Shown here piece after piece: positions 17,935-27,521 of a DNA stretch of 32,000 nt. The stretch's first letter is position 1; every line of letters starts with the position of its first letter. The notes under the pieces were generated by a model. That model searched no databases and had not been told where the DNA came from. It saw only the letters and a program-made list of their open reading frames with translations. The stretch covers positions 210,001 to 242,000 of the forward strand of contig JAUWGH010000004.1 of NCBI GenBank assembly GCA_030606485.1, read 5' to 3'. The position numbers and the translations under genes are program-made. The DNA comes from Promethearchaeota archaeon. GTDB taxonomy: Archaea > Asgardarchaeota > Lokiarchaeia > Sigyniarchaeales > SOKP01.

Positions 17935-18666
17935 TTATTTAATCTCATTAAATCCAGAATCATTAAGTTTTACATTAATTTCATATATTATTGATTGTGG
18001 TCGATTTTTTAATAATAGAATTCTTTCTGACATATTCTCAGTTCTTAGAATTTGAATGGTATTAGGTACCCAATATTCTGTTACCTTTCCACCCTTTTCT
18101 TTTATGTAATAATTTTCATTTTCTTTAATTGTTGTTTCATAGTTAGTAATTATTACATTTATTCCAAATCTTTGATTTAAATGAGTTAAAGTTGCTAAAA
18201 TTTGATTTAATTTAAGATTTAATTCGACGTTTTTCTTCTTCTTTGTCTTATCTGTTTTTAACGAATAAAGATCAAATGGACTATCGATTATAATTAATTG
18301 AATTTGGGAGATATATTTATTTTCAACTCTCTTTAGATCTAATAATACAAATTCCAAATTAAGAACGTATTTTAATAAATCATCAAAATCCTCTATTTTA
18401 ATAAAAATTATATTATTTGATTTTTCCTTATCCATTTTACTCTTTAGGCTTTCAAATTTCAGGGAAGGAAATTCATCCTTTGTGTAGATAAAAATTACTT
18501 TTTCATTTTGTTGCGAAAAATTTAAAGCAATCTGAAGTGCTAATGTTGTTTTCCCTACCCCAATATCGCCCCAAATTGAGAGAATTCCTTCAGAAAAATC
18601 AATATTTTTAAATAATTGAGTTAAAAAAGAATTTTCATTCGATATTTGCATGTTTTTTTCAAACAA
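17935..18666 (-). CDS. RadB-like RecA-superfamily ATPase
   Basis: Walker A GDIGVGKT, Walker B IIIDS, VIITN, GGKVTEYW; no N-terminal HhH domain. Confidence 0.75.
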   Translation of the reverse strand: MFEKNMQISNENSFLTQLFKNIDFSEGILSIWGDIGVGKTTLALQIALNFSQQNEKVIFIYTKDEFPSLKFESLKSKMDKEKSNNIIFIKIEDFDDLLKYVLNLEFVLLDLKRVENKYISQIQLIIIDSPFDLYSLKTDKTKKKKNVELNLKLNQILATLTHLNQRFGINVIITNYETTIKENENYYIKEKGGKVTEYWVPNTIQILRTENMSERILLLKNRPQSIIYEINVKLNDSGFNEIK

Positions 18667-18678
18667 TAATTAGGAAAA

Positions 18679-19515
18679 TTGATATATAAATTTATTATTT
18701 ATAAAATTAGATTGAGAATAAAAATATATATTTACAGTAACAATTCTCGTTTTTTTTATAAAATAAATAATAGTTTAAATGAACTTAGAATCCCCTTTTA
18801 TGTTTTAAATTATGGTATAAAATTAAGAAATATTAAAGGAATTATTCTTACCACACAAAAAGAATTTGATGGAATTTCTTCTGAAAATCTTAAAAATCGA
18901 TTTTTAATTTATCAAGACACCCAAGATTTTGAAGAATATATTATGCATGTCCTTGCAGCTCATAAATTTAATTTTAAAAAGAGATATTTTGAATTAATAT
19001 TTTCAATTGATCCAGGTAAAAATAAAAGTGGGATTGCAATTTTCTTAGATGAGTATTTTTTGATTTCTAAAATCTTACACAATCAAAGGGAATTTGTTGA
19101 TTATATTGGAAAATTCATCTCTTATTTTAATTCTGATAAGTTAAAGCCAATTATAATAAAGATCTTCTTTGGAATAGGAGTTCCGAGTTTAGTTGAGTCT
19201 TTATTGGAAGTTTTATCTCGTAAATTTATAGAATTTATGCCAATTTTTTATCTTGTCGATGAAAGAAATACTTCTAAAATGAAATATGATAAACACATTT
19301 TTAAAATTTCAAAACATGAAATTTCGGCAATTTGGATAGCAATTCGTGGAATTAAGGCAATAAAATCTATGAATATATTAAATAGCAATAAAGAAGATTC
19401 TCAAAGTGAGTTTCCTAAAAAATTAAATAGTGAGATAAAATTTGATATCAATTTAGCCAAAAATGTTTATTTTGGAAATTCATCAATTACTGAAGCTTTA
19501 AATTTTAAACAATAG
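18679..19515 (+). CDS. RNase H-fold YqgF/RuvX-like nuclease family protein
   Basis: SIDPGKNKSGIAI, IFFGIG, LVDERNTS, SAIWIAIRG; start codon uncertain. Confidence 0.6.
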   Translation: MIYKFIIYKIRLRIKIYIYSNNSRFFYKINNSLNELRIPFYVLNYGIKLRNIKGIILTTQKEFDGISSENLKNRFLIYQDTQDFEEYIMHVLAAHKFNFKKRYFELIFSIDPGKNKSGIAIFLDEYFLISKILHNQREFVDYIGKFISYFNSDKLKPIIIKIFFGIGVPSLVESLLEVLSRKFIEFMPIFYLVDERNTSKMKYDKHIFKISKHEISAIWIAIRGIKAIKSMNILNSNKEDSQSEFPKKLNSEIKFDINLAKNVYFGNSSITEALNFKQ

Positions 19516-19592
19516 AAATAAATTTTTTATTTATTATTTACTTCATTATTTAAATTTTTTTTAAAAATTAAGATAAGGGCTGAAAAGATATT

Positions 19593-20687
19593 ATGCGCCG
19601 TATAAAATCAATTGATGCTTTTAGAGGTTTGTGTATGTTATATATGATTTTTATGCACATTTTTGAATGGTGGATAAGACCCTCAGATATTTGGGTGCAT
19701 ACAGCTGGCAGAATGATGATAGAGTTTATAGGAGCATCTGGCTTTCTTTTTGTTTCGGGAATAAGTACTACATTATCGATAAGATTAAGAAAGGAAAAAG
19801 TAAAATCTGACCCGAATTATTCAAAGCGCGTATTTCTCAAAGAGTATTATTATAGAACATCATTCTTTTTGGCTATAGGTTTGATTTATAATGCTGTTAC
19901 AGTTATTTGGCTTTGGGGAATATGGGGACTTTGGAGTTGGTATATTCTACTAACCATACCTGTTTGTTTAGCGATTGGATACCCTTTAGTAAAATTACCT
20001 AAAGTTTACCGTATAATTTTAGCATTTCTTATAGTTTCTATTACTTATCCTTTATTTATTGCTCTAGAAAGTTTAAAAGAAATTGATGGAAGTTGGTGGA
20101 TAATTTATCATTTACTGTTTAATCCTCCATGGGAAGACCCAATTTTACCAATGTTTTCTTTTTTCTGTTTAGGTACAGTGGTCGGTGAAGTTTTCTATGA
20201 AGTTTATTCAATTAATGATGAAAATTTAAGAAGAACTTTAGTAAAAAAGAAAATTGTGAGTAATTTTTTGTTCTATGGCACAATTCTAATCTTACTTTCA
20301 ATAATAAGTTCGATATATATATTTAATGACCCAATCTCATTTTTAATTAGAGGTTCATTTACTTGGATAATATATGCAATTGGCTGGGATTTAATTATAA
20401 TGGGGCTTCTTACATATTTACATGAATTTAAATTATCACCAAAATGGAAAAATCGCTTTTTATTTTATTTCTCGTTCTATTCATTAACAATTTATTTAGG
20501 CCATGGTATCGTAGCTTTAATTTTTTGGGATGTTTTTAATATGTATAACTTCTGGATACCAACTAGTCTCACTGTAATTCTATTCTGGCTGATATTAAAG
20601 ATTATGTATAAGAAAACTGGATCAAAATTTTCGTTAAAAACTGTTATATCAAAAGCTGCAGTTTATTTATCAAAGGATAAAGATTAA
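19593..20687 (+). CDS. DUF1624/HGSNAT-like membrane acyltransferase family protein (copy 1)
   Basis: RIKSIDAFRGLCMLYMIFMH, FLFVSGIS; about 10 TM segments. Confidence 0.8.
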   Translation: MRRIKSIDAFRGLCMLYMIFMHIFEWWIRPSDIWVHTAGRMMIEFIGASGFLFVSGISTTLSIRLRKEKVKSDPNYSKRVFLKEYYYRTSFFLAIGLIYNAVTVIWLWGIWGLWSWYILLTIPVCLAIGYPLVKLPKVYRIILAFLIVSITYPLFIALESLKEIDGSWWIIYHLLFNPPWEDPILPMFSFFCLGTVVGEVFYEVYSINDENLRRTLVKKKIVSNFLFYGTILILLSIISSIYIFNDPISFLIRGSFTWIIYAIGWDLIIMGLLTYLHEFKLSPKWKNRFLFYFSFYSLTIYLGHGIVALIFWDVFNMYNFWIPTSLTVILFWLILKIMYKKTGSKFSLKTVISKAAVYLSKDKD

Positions 20688-20834
20688 GAATAGATTATGC
20701 CACTAAGACGATTTTTTTGTTTATTCAAAAAGGTAAAATAATTGTAAAGGTTAAAAATATCTATATTATTAGTTTTTTTATATAATGGATTAATTCAATT
20801 TAAAATTTTAAAGGAAAATTTGTAGAAAGAAATC

Positions 20835-21965
20835 ATGCGTCGTATTAAAAGTGTTGATGCTTTTCGAGGTTATTGTATTTTCGCTATGATTGTTTGGCAT
20901 ACATCCTATTGGTGGGCATCGCCTTTACATTCTTGGGCGTTAATACTTTTAAGATTGACTACGGAAGTTATTGGTGCAGCTGGTTTTCTTTTTGTTTCAG
21001 GAATTAGTTCGGTTTTATCAATAAGAAGAAGGATGGAAAAGGTAAAATCGGACCCTAACTATTCGAAGCAAAATTTTATTAGGGAATATTATTATCGATC
21101 TTTTTTTTTTTTTTTATTGGCTGTAATTTATAACGCAATTACGGTTATTTACATTGCGGGTTTATTGGCGCTTTGGAGTTGGTATATTCTTTTTATAATT
21201 GGCTTTTGCTTATTAATTGCCTATCCTCTCATAAAGCTGCCAAAAGTAGTCCGTTTAATTTTAGCAATATTTATACTTATAATTTCTTATCCAGTATTTG
21301 ATTTGCTAGAAAATCTAAGATATACTAATCTTTTTTGGGAGTTAATATATCATTTCATTTTTTTTCCTGCTCATGAATATCCAATATTACCGTTTTTTAC
21401 AAATTTTTGTTTAGGCACGATAGTTGGTGATATTTTCTACGAGATTTATTCAATTGAAGAAGGAGACTTAAGAAAAACTCAAATAAAAAAGAAAATTGTT
21501 AGAAATTTTGCACTTTTTGGTACAATAATAATCATTGCTTCAATTCTGAGTAATATTTTTATATTTCATCACGATATTACCACTTGGAGAACAACCGAAA
21601 CAATGGGAACAATTTTAGGTGTAGATAGGAGCGTGCTTACCTTAATGTTATGGGTAATTGGTTGGGATTTAGTCCTTTTTAGTTTGCTAACATATTTTCA
21701 CGAATTTAAATTTACACCAGAATGGAGACATCGATTTTTATTTTATTTTTCATATTACTCGCTAACGTTGTATTTTTTACATGATATAACAGCTCCAATT
21801 TTTTGGAATAGGCTTGACATATACAGCATCTGGATACCAGTAACTATCACCGTAATGGTATTTTGGTATATATCAAAAATTATGTATGAGAAACTTGGAC
21901 CAAAATTGTCTATAAAATGGCATATCTCGAGGTTTGCAGTATATCTATCGAAAGATAAATCTTGA
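20835..21965 (+). CDS. DUF1624/HGSNAT-like membrane acyltransferase family protein (copy 2)
   Basis: RIKSVDAFRGYCIFAMIVWH, FLFVSGIS; end-to-end paralog of the upstream gene; contains a T15 tract at 21101-21115. Confidence 0.8.
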   Translation: MRRIKSVDAFRGYCIFAMIVWHTSYWWASPLHSWALILLRLTTEVIGAAGFLFVSGISSVLSIRRRMEKVKSDPNYSKQNFIREYYYRSFFFFLLAVIYNAITVIYIAGLLALWSWYILFIIGFCLLIAYPLIKLPKVVRLILAIFILIISYPVFDLLENLRYTNLFWELIYHFIFFPAHEYPILPFFTNFCLGTIVGDIFYEIYSIEEGDLRKTQIKKKIVRNFALFGTIIIIASILSNIFIFHHDITTWRTTETMGTILGVDRSVLTLMLWVIGWDLVLFSLLTYFHEFKFTPEWRHRFLFYFSYYSLTLYFLHDITAPIFWNRLDIYSIWIPVTITVMVFWYISKIMYEKLGPKLSIKWHISRFAVYLSKDKS

Positions 21966-22063
21966 AAAAAAATTATAAAATGGTTTATAAAATAGTTTTA
22001 TGCATAAGACAACTTATTTACAATTACAATAAAATAAAAATATTAAGCCTTTTTTTATAAAAT

Positions 22064-23227
22064 ATGCGTGAAAAATCTAAAGTTTTTGTAATTAAGACTT
22101 CTCCAGATTCAGTACTTAAAGATTATGCTCAACTAATGCATATGGCAGAATATCAGAGATATTATACTAAAGAAGAGAAGATCATCCTTAAATTAAATTT
22201 AAGCTGGTCAAAATTCTTTCCCGCGTGTAGTACCCCTCCTTGGCAAGTGGAAGGAGTCCTCAAAACCATGATTGAGGATGGTTATAATCCAAGAAAATTA
22301 TTCCCTTGTGAGAATAAAACTGTAGTGACAAACATACAACGTGGTTTAATAGCAAATCGTTGGAAAAAAATAATAGAGAGATATAATACATGGTTTGTTC
22401 CATTAACGAGAGTAAAATTTGTTCCCTATGAATCTCTAAGACCTAAATTTATTAATTTAAAAAATAAAAAATTACATGTATTAGATTCAAAAATTTTTCC
22501 AGAAGGTTTTAGAATCCCGAAATTTTATGTTGGCAAGTCAATTATTCATTTACCTACTATGAAAACTCACGGACACACTGGACAAAGAGGAGGGTCTTTA
22601 AAGCACACTATGGGTACTTCAAAGCATGGAGGAATAACTTGCGCCATGAAAAATGCCTTTGGAGGCTTACTTACAAAAAGAAGGCATTTTAGTCATCAAT
22701 ATTTATCTGAAGTTCTTGTAGATCTATTAATAATTCAAAAACAAATTCATCCTAACATACTTGCTGTTGTAGATGGAGCAGTATGCGGTGATGGAGCTGG
22801 ACCGAGAATAATGATACCTCGAATAAAGAATTATTTACTTGCAGGATATGATCAAGTAGCCGTCGATGCCGTAGTATCTCATATGTTAGGATTTGAACCA
22901 CTTTCCTTGCCAACAATAAAAATAGCTCATGATGAAGGGTTAGGTTGTGGTGATTTCGATCAGATTGATATTGTAGGAGAAGATGTTTCTAAAATTAACT
23001 GGAATTTTCGTGTAAAAAGAAGCTTGGTCATATGGGGTGATCAAATGACCCGAAAGGGTTTCTTAAGATTCTTGGAGCCCCTTCTTCACAATGAATTATT
23101 TTTTATGGGACCGATAATGGCTTCTAAACTTTTTCACGACTTATTTTGGTATAATTGGACAGGGAGGAAAAGAATTAATAAATTTTTAAAGTCAGATTGG
23201 GGAAAATTATTCCAATCATACCAATAA
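22064..23227 (+). CDS. DUF362 family protein
   Basis: IILKLNLSW, ACSTPPWQVEG, HLPTMKTH, TCAMKNAFG, VVDGAVCGDGAGP, DQVAVDA; no C-terminal ferredoxin. Confidence 0.8.
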   Translation: MREKSKVFVIKTSPDSVLKDYAQLMHMAEYQRYYTKEEKIILKLNLSWSKFFPACSTPPWQVEGVLKTMIEDGYNPRKLFPCENKTVVTNIQRGLIANRWKKIIERYNTWFVPLTRVKFVPYESLRPKFINLKNKKLHVLDSKIFPEGFRIPKFYVGKSIIHLPTMKTHGHTGQRGGSLKHTMGTSKHGGITCAMKNAFGGLLTKRRHFSHQYLSEVLVDLLIIQKQIHPNILAVVDGAVCGDGAGPRIMIPRIKNYLLAGYDQVAVDAVVSHMLGFEPLSLPTIKIAHDEGLGCGDFDQIDIVGEDVSKINWNFRVKRSLVIWGDQMTRKGFLRFLEPLLHNELFFMGPIMASKLFHDLFWYNWTGRKRINKFLKSDWGKLFQSYQ

Positions 23228-23324
23228 AACTAAATATTATTAAATTCAAGAATCTAATAAAAAAATTTAATATATTAAGAAAATAAAAATAGAATTATCT
23301 AAATTCAAGAAGAGTGTGAATTTA

Positions 23325-24638
23325 ATGTCTCAAAAAAGAAAGATTATTGGCTCAGAAAGTCAAAAAAATATAGTAAAAATGTATTCCACTTATGTAAACA
23401 AATATAAAGCATCTTTTTTTAAAAAATTGGGTTTTGGAATCGTTCAAGGTGAGCGAGATCGCTTTCACGTGAAGATGTTAGAAGGAACAAGGAAAGGACA
23501 ACCCCCACTAGATTTAATCGATTGCAGAACGACTGGAGGAGTTTTTAACTTAGGGCATAGACATCCGGAAATAATAAAGGCATTAAAAGAGGGTATTGAT
23601 GCAGGTCTAGATATCGGAGATCACCATTTAATAAGTGAGCAAAGATCTTTACTCGCAAAACAAATGGCGGAACTTCTTCCCGGAGATATTTCTAAAACTC
23701 AATACTGTGTTGGAGGTGGAGAAGCAATAGATTTAGCCTTAAAATTAGCTAGAGCAATTACGCAAAGGAAAAAAATTATTTCAGCAAATAGAGCGTATCA
23801 TGGGGTAACAGGGTTTGCTTTAGGGGCTTGTGCTTCAAATTTTAAAGACATTTTTCTTTGGGGGCCATCTGATTTTGTACAAGTTCCTTTTGGGGATATT
23901 AATGCAATATCTAAAGTAATAGATGAAGATACTGCAGCAGTGATTTTTGAAACCATTCCGGCTACTGGAGGTATTTTAATTGCTCCGGAGGGATATTTTG
24001 CTACAGTAAGAGAGTTATGTGATGATAAGGGAGTCATAATGATTTCTGACGAAGTTCAAACAGGTTTAGGTCGAACAGGAGAACTCTGGGCAATTTTTGG
24101 GGGATTATATGAACATGAAAAAGTTGTTCCAGATATAATTGTACTTGCTAAAGGAATGAGCGCTGGTTATTATCCCATAGCCACTTGTAGTTATAAACCT
24201 TTTATTGAAGAAGTATTTAAAGATGATCCTTTCCTACATATAAGCTCTACTGGGGGTTCTGAGCTTGGTTGTTATGTTTGCAGGAGGATGCTCGATATAA
24301 TTTCTCAACCTAAATTTTTAGAACATGTTAGAAAGATGGGAAGGGAATTTAGAGATGGTTTGAACGAACTTAAAAAAAAATATTCAAATATCATTGTAGA
24401 TGTACGAGGAAGGGGGCTGATGTGGGGGATTGAGTTTAATAATGAGGTTTATGGGCAAGTATTTACAGTTTATATGATTAAGAATGGTATATTTGCGGAT
24501 TACTGTGGGAATAATAAGTCAACAAATAAATTAATGCCCCCTTTAATTATTGAATCTGAGGATATTGATGAAATTTTAAAACGTTTAGATATTGCGTTAA
24601 GTGAATATCCTAAAAAAAAAAAAGAGGTGCAAATGTAA
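23325..24638 (+). CDS. Class III PLP-dependent aminotransferase-family enzyme
   Basis: VFNLGHRHP, GGGEAIDLALK, YHGVTGFAL, DEVQTGLGRTG, PDIIVLAKG (PLP Lys), DVRGRGLMWG; ATG 23325 or GTG 23316. Confidence 0.92.
   Translation: MSQKRKIIGSESQKNIVKMYSTYVNKYKASFFKKLGFGIVQGERDRFHVKMLEGTRKGQPPLDLIDCRTTGGVFNLGHRHPEIIKALKEGIDAGLDIGDHHLISEQRSLLAKQMAELLPGDISKTQYCVGGGEAIDLALKLARAITQRKKIISANRAYHGVTGFALGACASNFKDIFLWGPSDFVQVPFGDINAISKVIDEDTAAVIFETIPATGGILIAPEGYFATVRELCDDKGVIMISDEVQTGLGRTGELWAIFGGLYEHEKVVPDIIVLAKGMSAGYYPIATCSYKPFIEEVFKDDPFLHISSTGGSELGCYVCRRMLDIISQPKFLEHVRKMGREFRDGLNELKKKYSNIIVDVRGRGLMWGIEFNNEVYGQVFTVYMIKNGIFADYCGNNKSTNKLMPPLIIESEDIDEILKRLDIALSEYPKKKKEVQM
24624..24629 (+). promoter_or_regulatory. 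Shine-Dalgarno site inside the 3' end of the upstream gene (translational coupling)
   Basis: GAGGTG 9 nt before ATG 24639, which abuts TAA 24636-24638. Confidence 0.65.
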
Positions 24639-25601
24639 ATGAAAATAAATACAGACATTATAAATGAACTAGAGAATACAATTGATACTATACATCCAGA
24701 GCGTGGTAAAATCCCAATAAAAATTCTTGGTTTTGGTGAAATAAGTTTAGTATTTGAACTCGTAGATGATCCTGAAAAAATAGCTTATAAAAGGCTTCCT
24801 ATCTTTGATACTGAGAAACAAGTAAAAAAGCATATAAAAGCTTACAAAGAATATAATAGAATCTTAAAGGAGGACATAAGATTAAATATTCCAGATTGTG
24901 ATGCTGTGTGGGTAAAAGATCCAAAAGGTAATATTGTATTGTATTGTGCTCAAGAAAAAGTTCCTCCTGAAACGATCGGAAATAAAATTATTCACGAACT
25001 TAGTAATCATGATGTGAGCAAGTTAGTCTTATTTATCATGAGAGAATTAAAAAAAGTTTGGGACTTTAATAAGAAAAATGAGAATATAAAGGTCGGTATA
25101 GATGGACAAATCTCGAATTTTTCTCTAGAGGGCTACAACCCGAATAATCCAAAAGTTCCTGAAGATATAACATTAATTTATTTAGATACAAGTACACCAA
25201 TGTATAAAATTAATGGAATCGAAGCTATGGAACCTGAACTATTTTTAAAAAGTGCCCCATCTTTTTTGAGATGGCTTCTTAAAGCCTTATTTATTCAAGA
25301 AGTAATGGATCGTTACCATGATTGGCGCTTAGTTACTATTGATTTAATTGCTAACTTCTTTAAGGAACAGAAACGTGAACTAATTCCGGGATTAATAAAA
25401 ATAATTAATGATTTTTTTATTCAAGAAGCTGGAGAGTTCAACATAGAATCTATTACATTAAAGGAGGTTCAATCATATTATGATAATGATAAAATGATTT
25501 GGGACATTTTTCAAAGGGTTCGAAAATTCGATCGTTTCATAAAGACAAAACTATTTCGAAAGAAATATGATTTTTACCTTCCAGGAAAAATCGAGAGATA
25601 A
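24639..25601 (+). CDS. Protein-kinase-like fold protein (resembles DUF6206)
   Basis: Gly-loop-like LGFGEIS, AYKR lysine, IDGQISN catalytic-loop-like and YLDT metal-loop-like segments. Confidence 0.6.
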   Translation: MKINTDIINELENTIDTIHPERGKIPIKILGFGEISLVFELVDDPEKIAYKRLPIFDTEKQVKKHIKAYKEYNRILKEDIRLNIPDCDAVWVKDPKGNIVLYCAQEKVPPETIGNKIIHELSNHDVSKLVLFIMRELKKVWDFNKKNENIKVGIDGQISNFSLEGYNPNNPKVPEDITLIYLDTSTPMYKINGIEAMEPELFLKSAPSFLRWLLKALFIQEVMDRYHDWRLVTIDLIANFFKEQKRELIPGLIKIINDFFIQEAGEFNIESITLKEVQSYYDNDKMIWDIFQRVRKFDRFIKTKLFRKKYDFYLPGKIER

Positions 25602-25607
25602 TTTTAA

Positions 25608-26345
25608 TTATTTTAAATATTTTTTAATCATTTCAATTTCTAATAATTGTTGGATATTCTCCAAGATAATTGAAGGATTTTCTCTTTCTAAATCTTTTTT
25701 TAATCCATGTCCCGATAGAATGGCAATACTATTTATCCCCGCATTTTTGGCACATTTAATATCTGTGGGTAAATCACCAATAAAATAAACTCTACTTTTT
25801 TCAATTTTGGAAAATCCATATGTATTTTTAATTGTTTTCAAAGCAAGTAAAATAGGTAAAGGATTTGGCTTCCGGGAGGGAGCATCACTCCGTGACGTTA
25901 TCACAGCGAAATATTGGCTTAGATTAAACTTTTCAGTAAAAAAAGCTAATCGTTTCTTTTGTGTATTTGAGACGATTCCCGTGGGAATATTATTTTCTTT
26001 TAAGATTTTTAAAATATTTTCTAGATTTGGTTTAAGAGTTTCATAGATTTTCTCCAATTTGGGATATTGAAGTCTAAAACGAATAAAGAAGATAATAATT
26101 TTTAAAGGGTTTGGTATAATTTTTCTGTAATTCTTAAATAAGTTTTTATAAGCCTTAAATTTGTTTTCAGAATCAGATTGTTCTAAAATTCTGGCAAAAT
26201 CAATAAGTCTCATCTTTTCAATATTTTGCCATTTATACCATTTATTTTTAAGTTGCTTTAAGGCAGCAAGTTCTAGGCTTGTGTGTGTTATAACCACACC
26301 ATCAAAATCAAATAATACAATTGGTGGATGGGGCATATATATCAT
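25608..26345 (-). CDS. HAD-superfamily (IA) phosphatase
   Basis: Motif I FDFDGV, motif II VSN, motif III RKPNP, motif IV IGDLPTD. Confidence 0.9.
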   Translation of the reverse strand: MIYMPHPPIVLFDFDGVVITHTSLELAALKQLKNKWYKWQNIEKMRLIDFARILEQSDSENKFKAYKNLFKNYRKIIPNPLKIIIFFIRFRLQYPKLEKIYETLKPNLENILKILKENNIPTGIVSNTQKKRLAFFTEKFNLSQYFAVITSRSDAPSRKPNPLPILLALKTIKNTYGFSKIEKSRVYFIGDLPTDIKCAKNAGINSIAILSGHGLKKDLERENPSIILENIQQLLEIEMIKKYLK

Positions 26346-27293
26346 TTAAATTAGTCCAAAAATTTCTAATACGGAATCCCAATAAAAAGCAATAAACATT
26401 AGAATCAAAATAATTATTCCAGAAATTATTATACCTTTATCAAAAAAAGCTTTTACTGGGTTTCTAGCGATTTTTGGATTTGCTTTTAATAAATACATAT
26501 ATTTCAATATTAAATATAATGCAACTGGAATAGTAAGAACTGAAGAATATTGATGTAATTTAATATTTTCTACATCAAGCAAATTAAATGGTCCTAAAAT
26601 TATATACAACGAGTAGGTCATAAATAATGAACTAGCAACCAAAATATGAAACTCTTCCAATAGTTTTTTTGAGTATTGATCATATACATTTTTATGTTTA
26701 GAGGCATTCTTTTCTCCCATTAATATTAAGTCGGCATCTCTTTTGCAAATAACTAAAAACAATGCAATTAAAAAAATTGCTAAGAATAGCCACGGGGATA
26801 TAAAAACTTCAATTAAAAAACATCCTGCAATAGCTCGAATAATATAAATAATGGATAGGGAAATAATATCAACGAAAGCATATTTTTTGAAGATAAAATT
26901 ATATAATTGCCCTATGACGATAATTAATAATAACATTAACCCAAATAATAAATTTGGAATTATAAAAATAAGACATAAAACAATGAAAAATATCAAAATG
27001 GTTAATAGAAAGAATGCAAAACCTTTTGATAAATCACCTGATGCAAGAGGGCGTTTCTTAGATTTTTCTGGATGCGATTTATCTTTTTCAATATCAATAA
27101 TGTCGTTTACGATATAATTTATTGATGACGCGCAACATGCCAGAATAAATCCTAATATTAAAATGGGCCATAAAGAAATATTTAAAATCATTTCTCCAAA
27201 AAAAGCCGCTACAAATATTAATGAATTTTTATAGTATTGTTTTACGCGCAATAGCCTTAAAATAGAAATTAACTTTCTTGTCATTAATATCAT
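26346..27293 (-). CDS. UbiA-family polyprenyl-phosphate phosphoribosyltransferase-like (DPPR synthase type)
   Basis: LLRVKQYYKNSLIF, NDIIDIEKDKSHPEKSKKRPLASG, IRAIAG, KRDADL; stop abuts the HAD start. Confidence 0.82.
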   Translation of the reverse strand: MILMTRKLISILRLLRVKQYYKNSLIFVAAFFGEMILNISLWPILILGFILACCASSINYIVNDIIDIEKDKSHPEKSKKRPLASGDLSKGFAFFLLTILIFFIVLCLIFIIPNLLFGLMLLLIIVIGQLYNFIFKKYAFVDIISLSIIYIIRAIAGCFLIEVFISPWLFLAIFLIALFLVICKRDADLILMGEKNASKHKNVYDQYSKKLLEEFHILVASSLFMTYSLYIILGPFNLLDVENIKLHQYSSVLTIPVALYLILKYMYLLKANPKIARNPVKAFFDKGIIISGIIILILMFIAFYWDSVLEIFGLI

Positions 27294-27521
27294 TTTTTTT
27301 TAGAACAAAATATTGGTGATATAATAAACGCTTCTTTTTTTGTTTTTCTGTTTTTAATTTCGAATTTTGTTTTTAAACGAACCAAAAATTGTAGATATTA
27401 ATATTTTGTAAATATCAAACGCATATTCTTGAATATTTATTAGATTTTAATGCGAAAATGATTAGTTATAATTCAATAAATTATTAAAAATAGAAGTGTA
27501 TAACAAGACACTAATTAATTA

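Noticed and set aside
24612-24623. A12 run at the end of the aminotransferase gene
   Set aside because: It encodes an in-frame KKKK tail near the stop, which is ordinary in this AT-rich genome.
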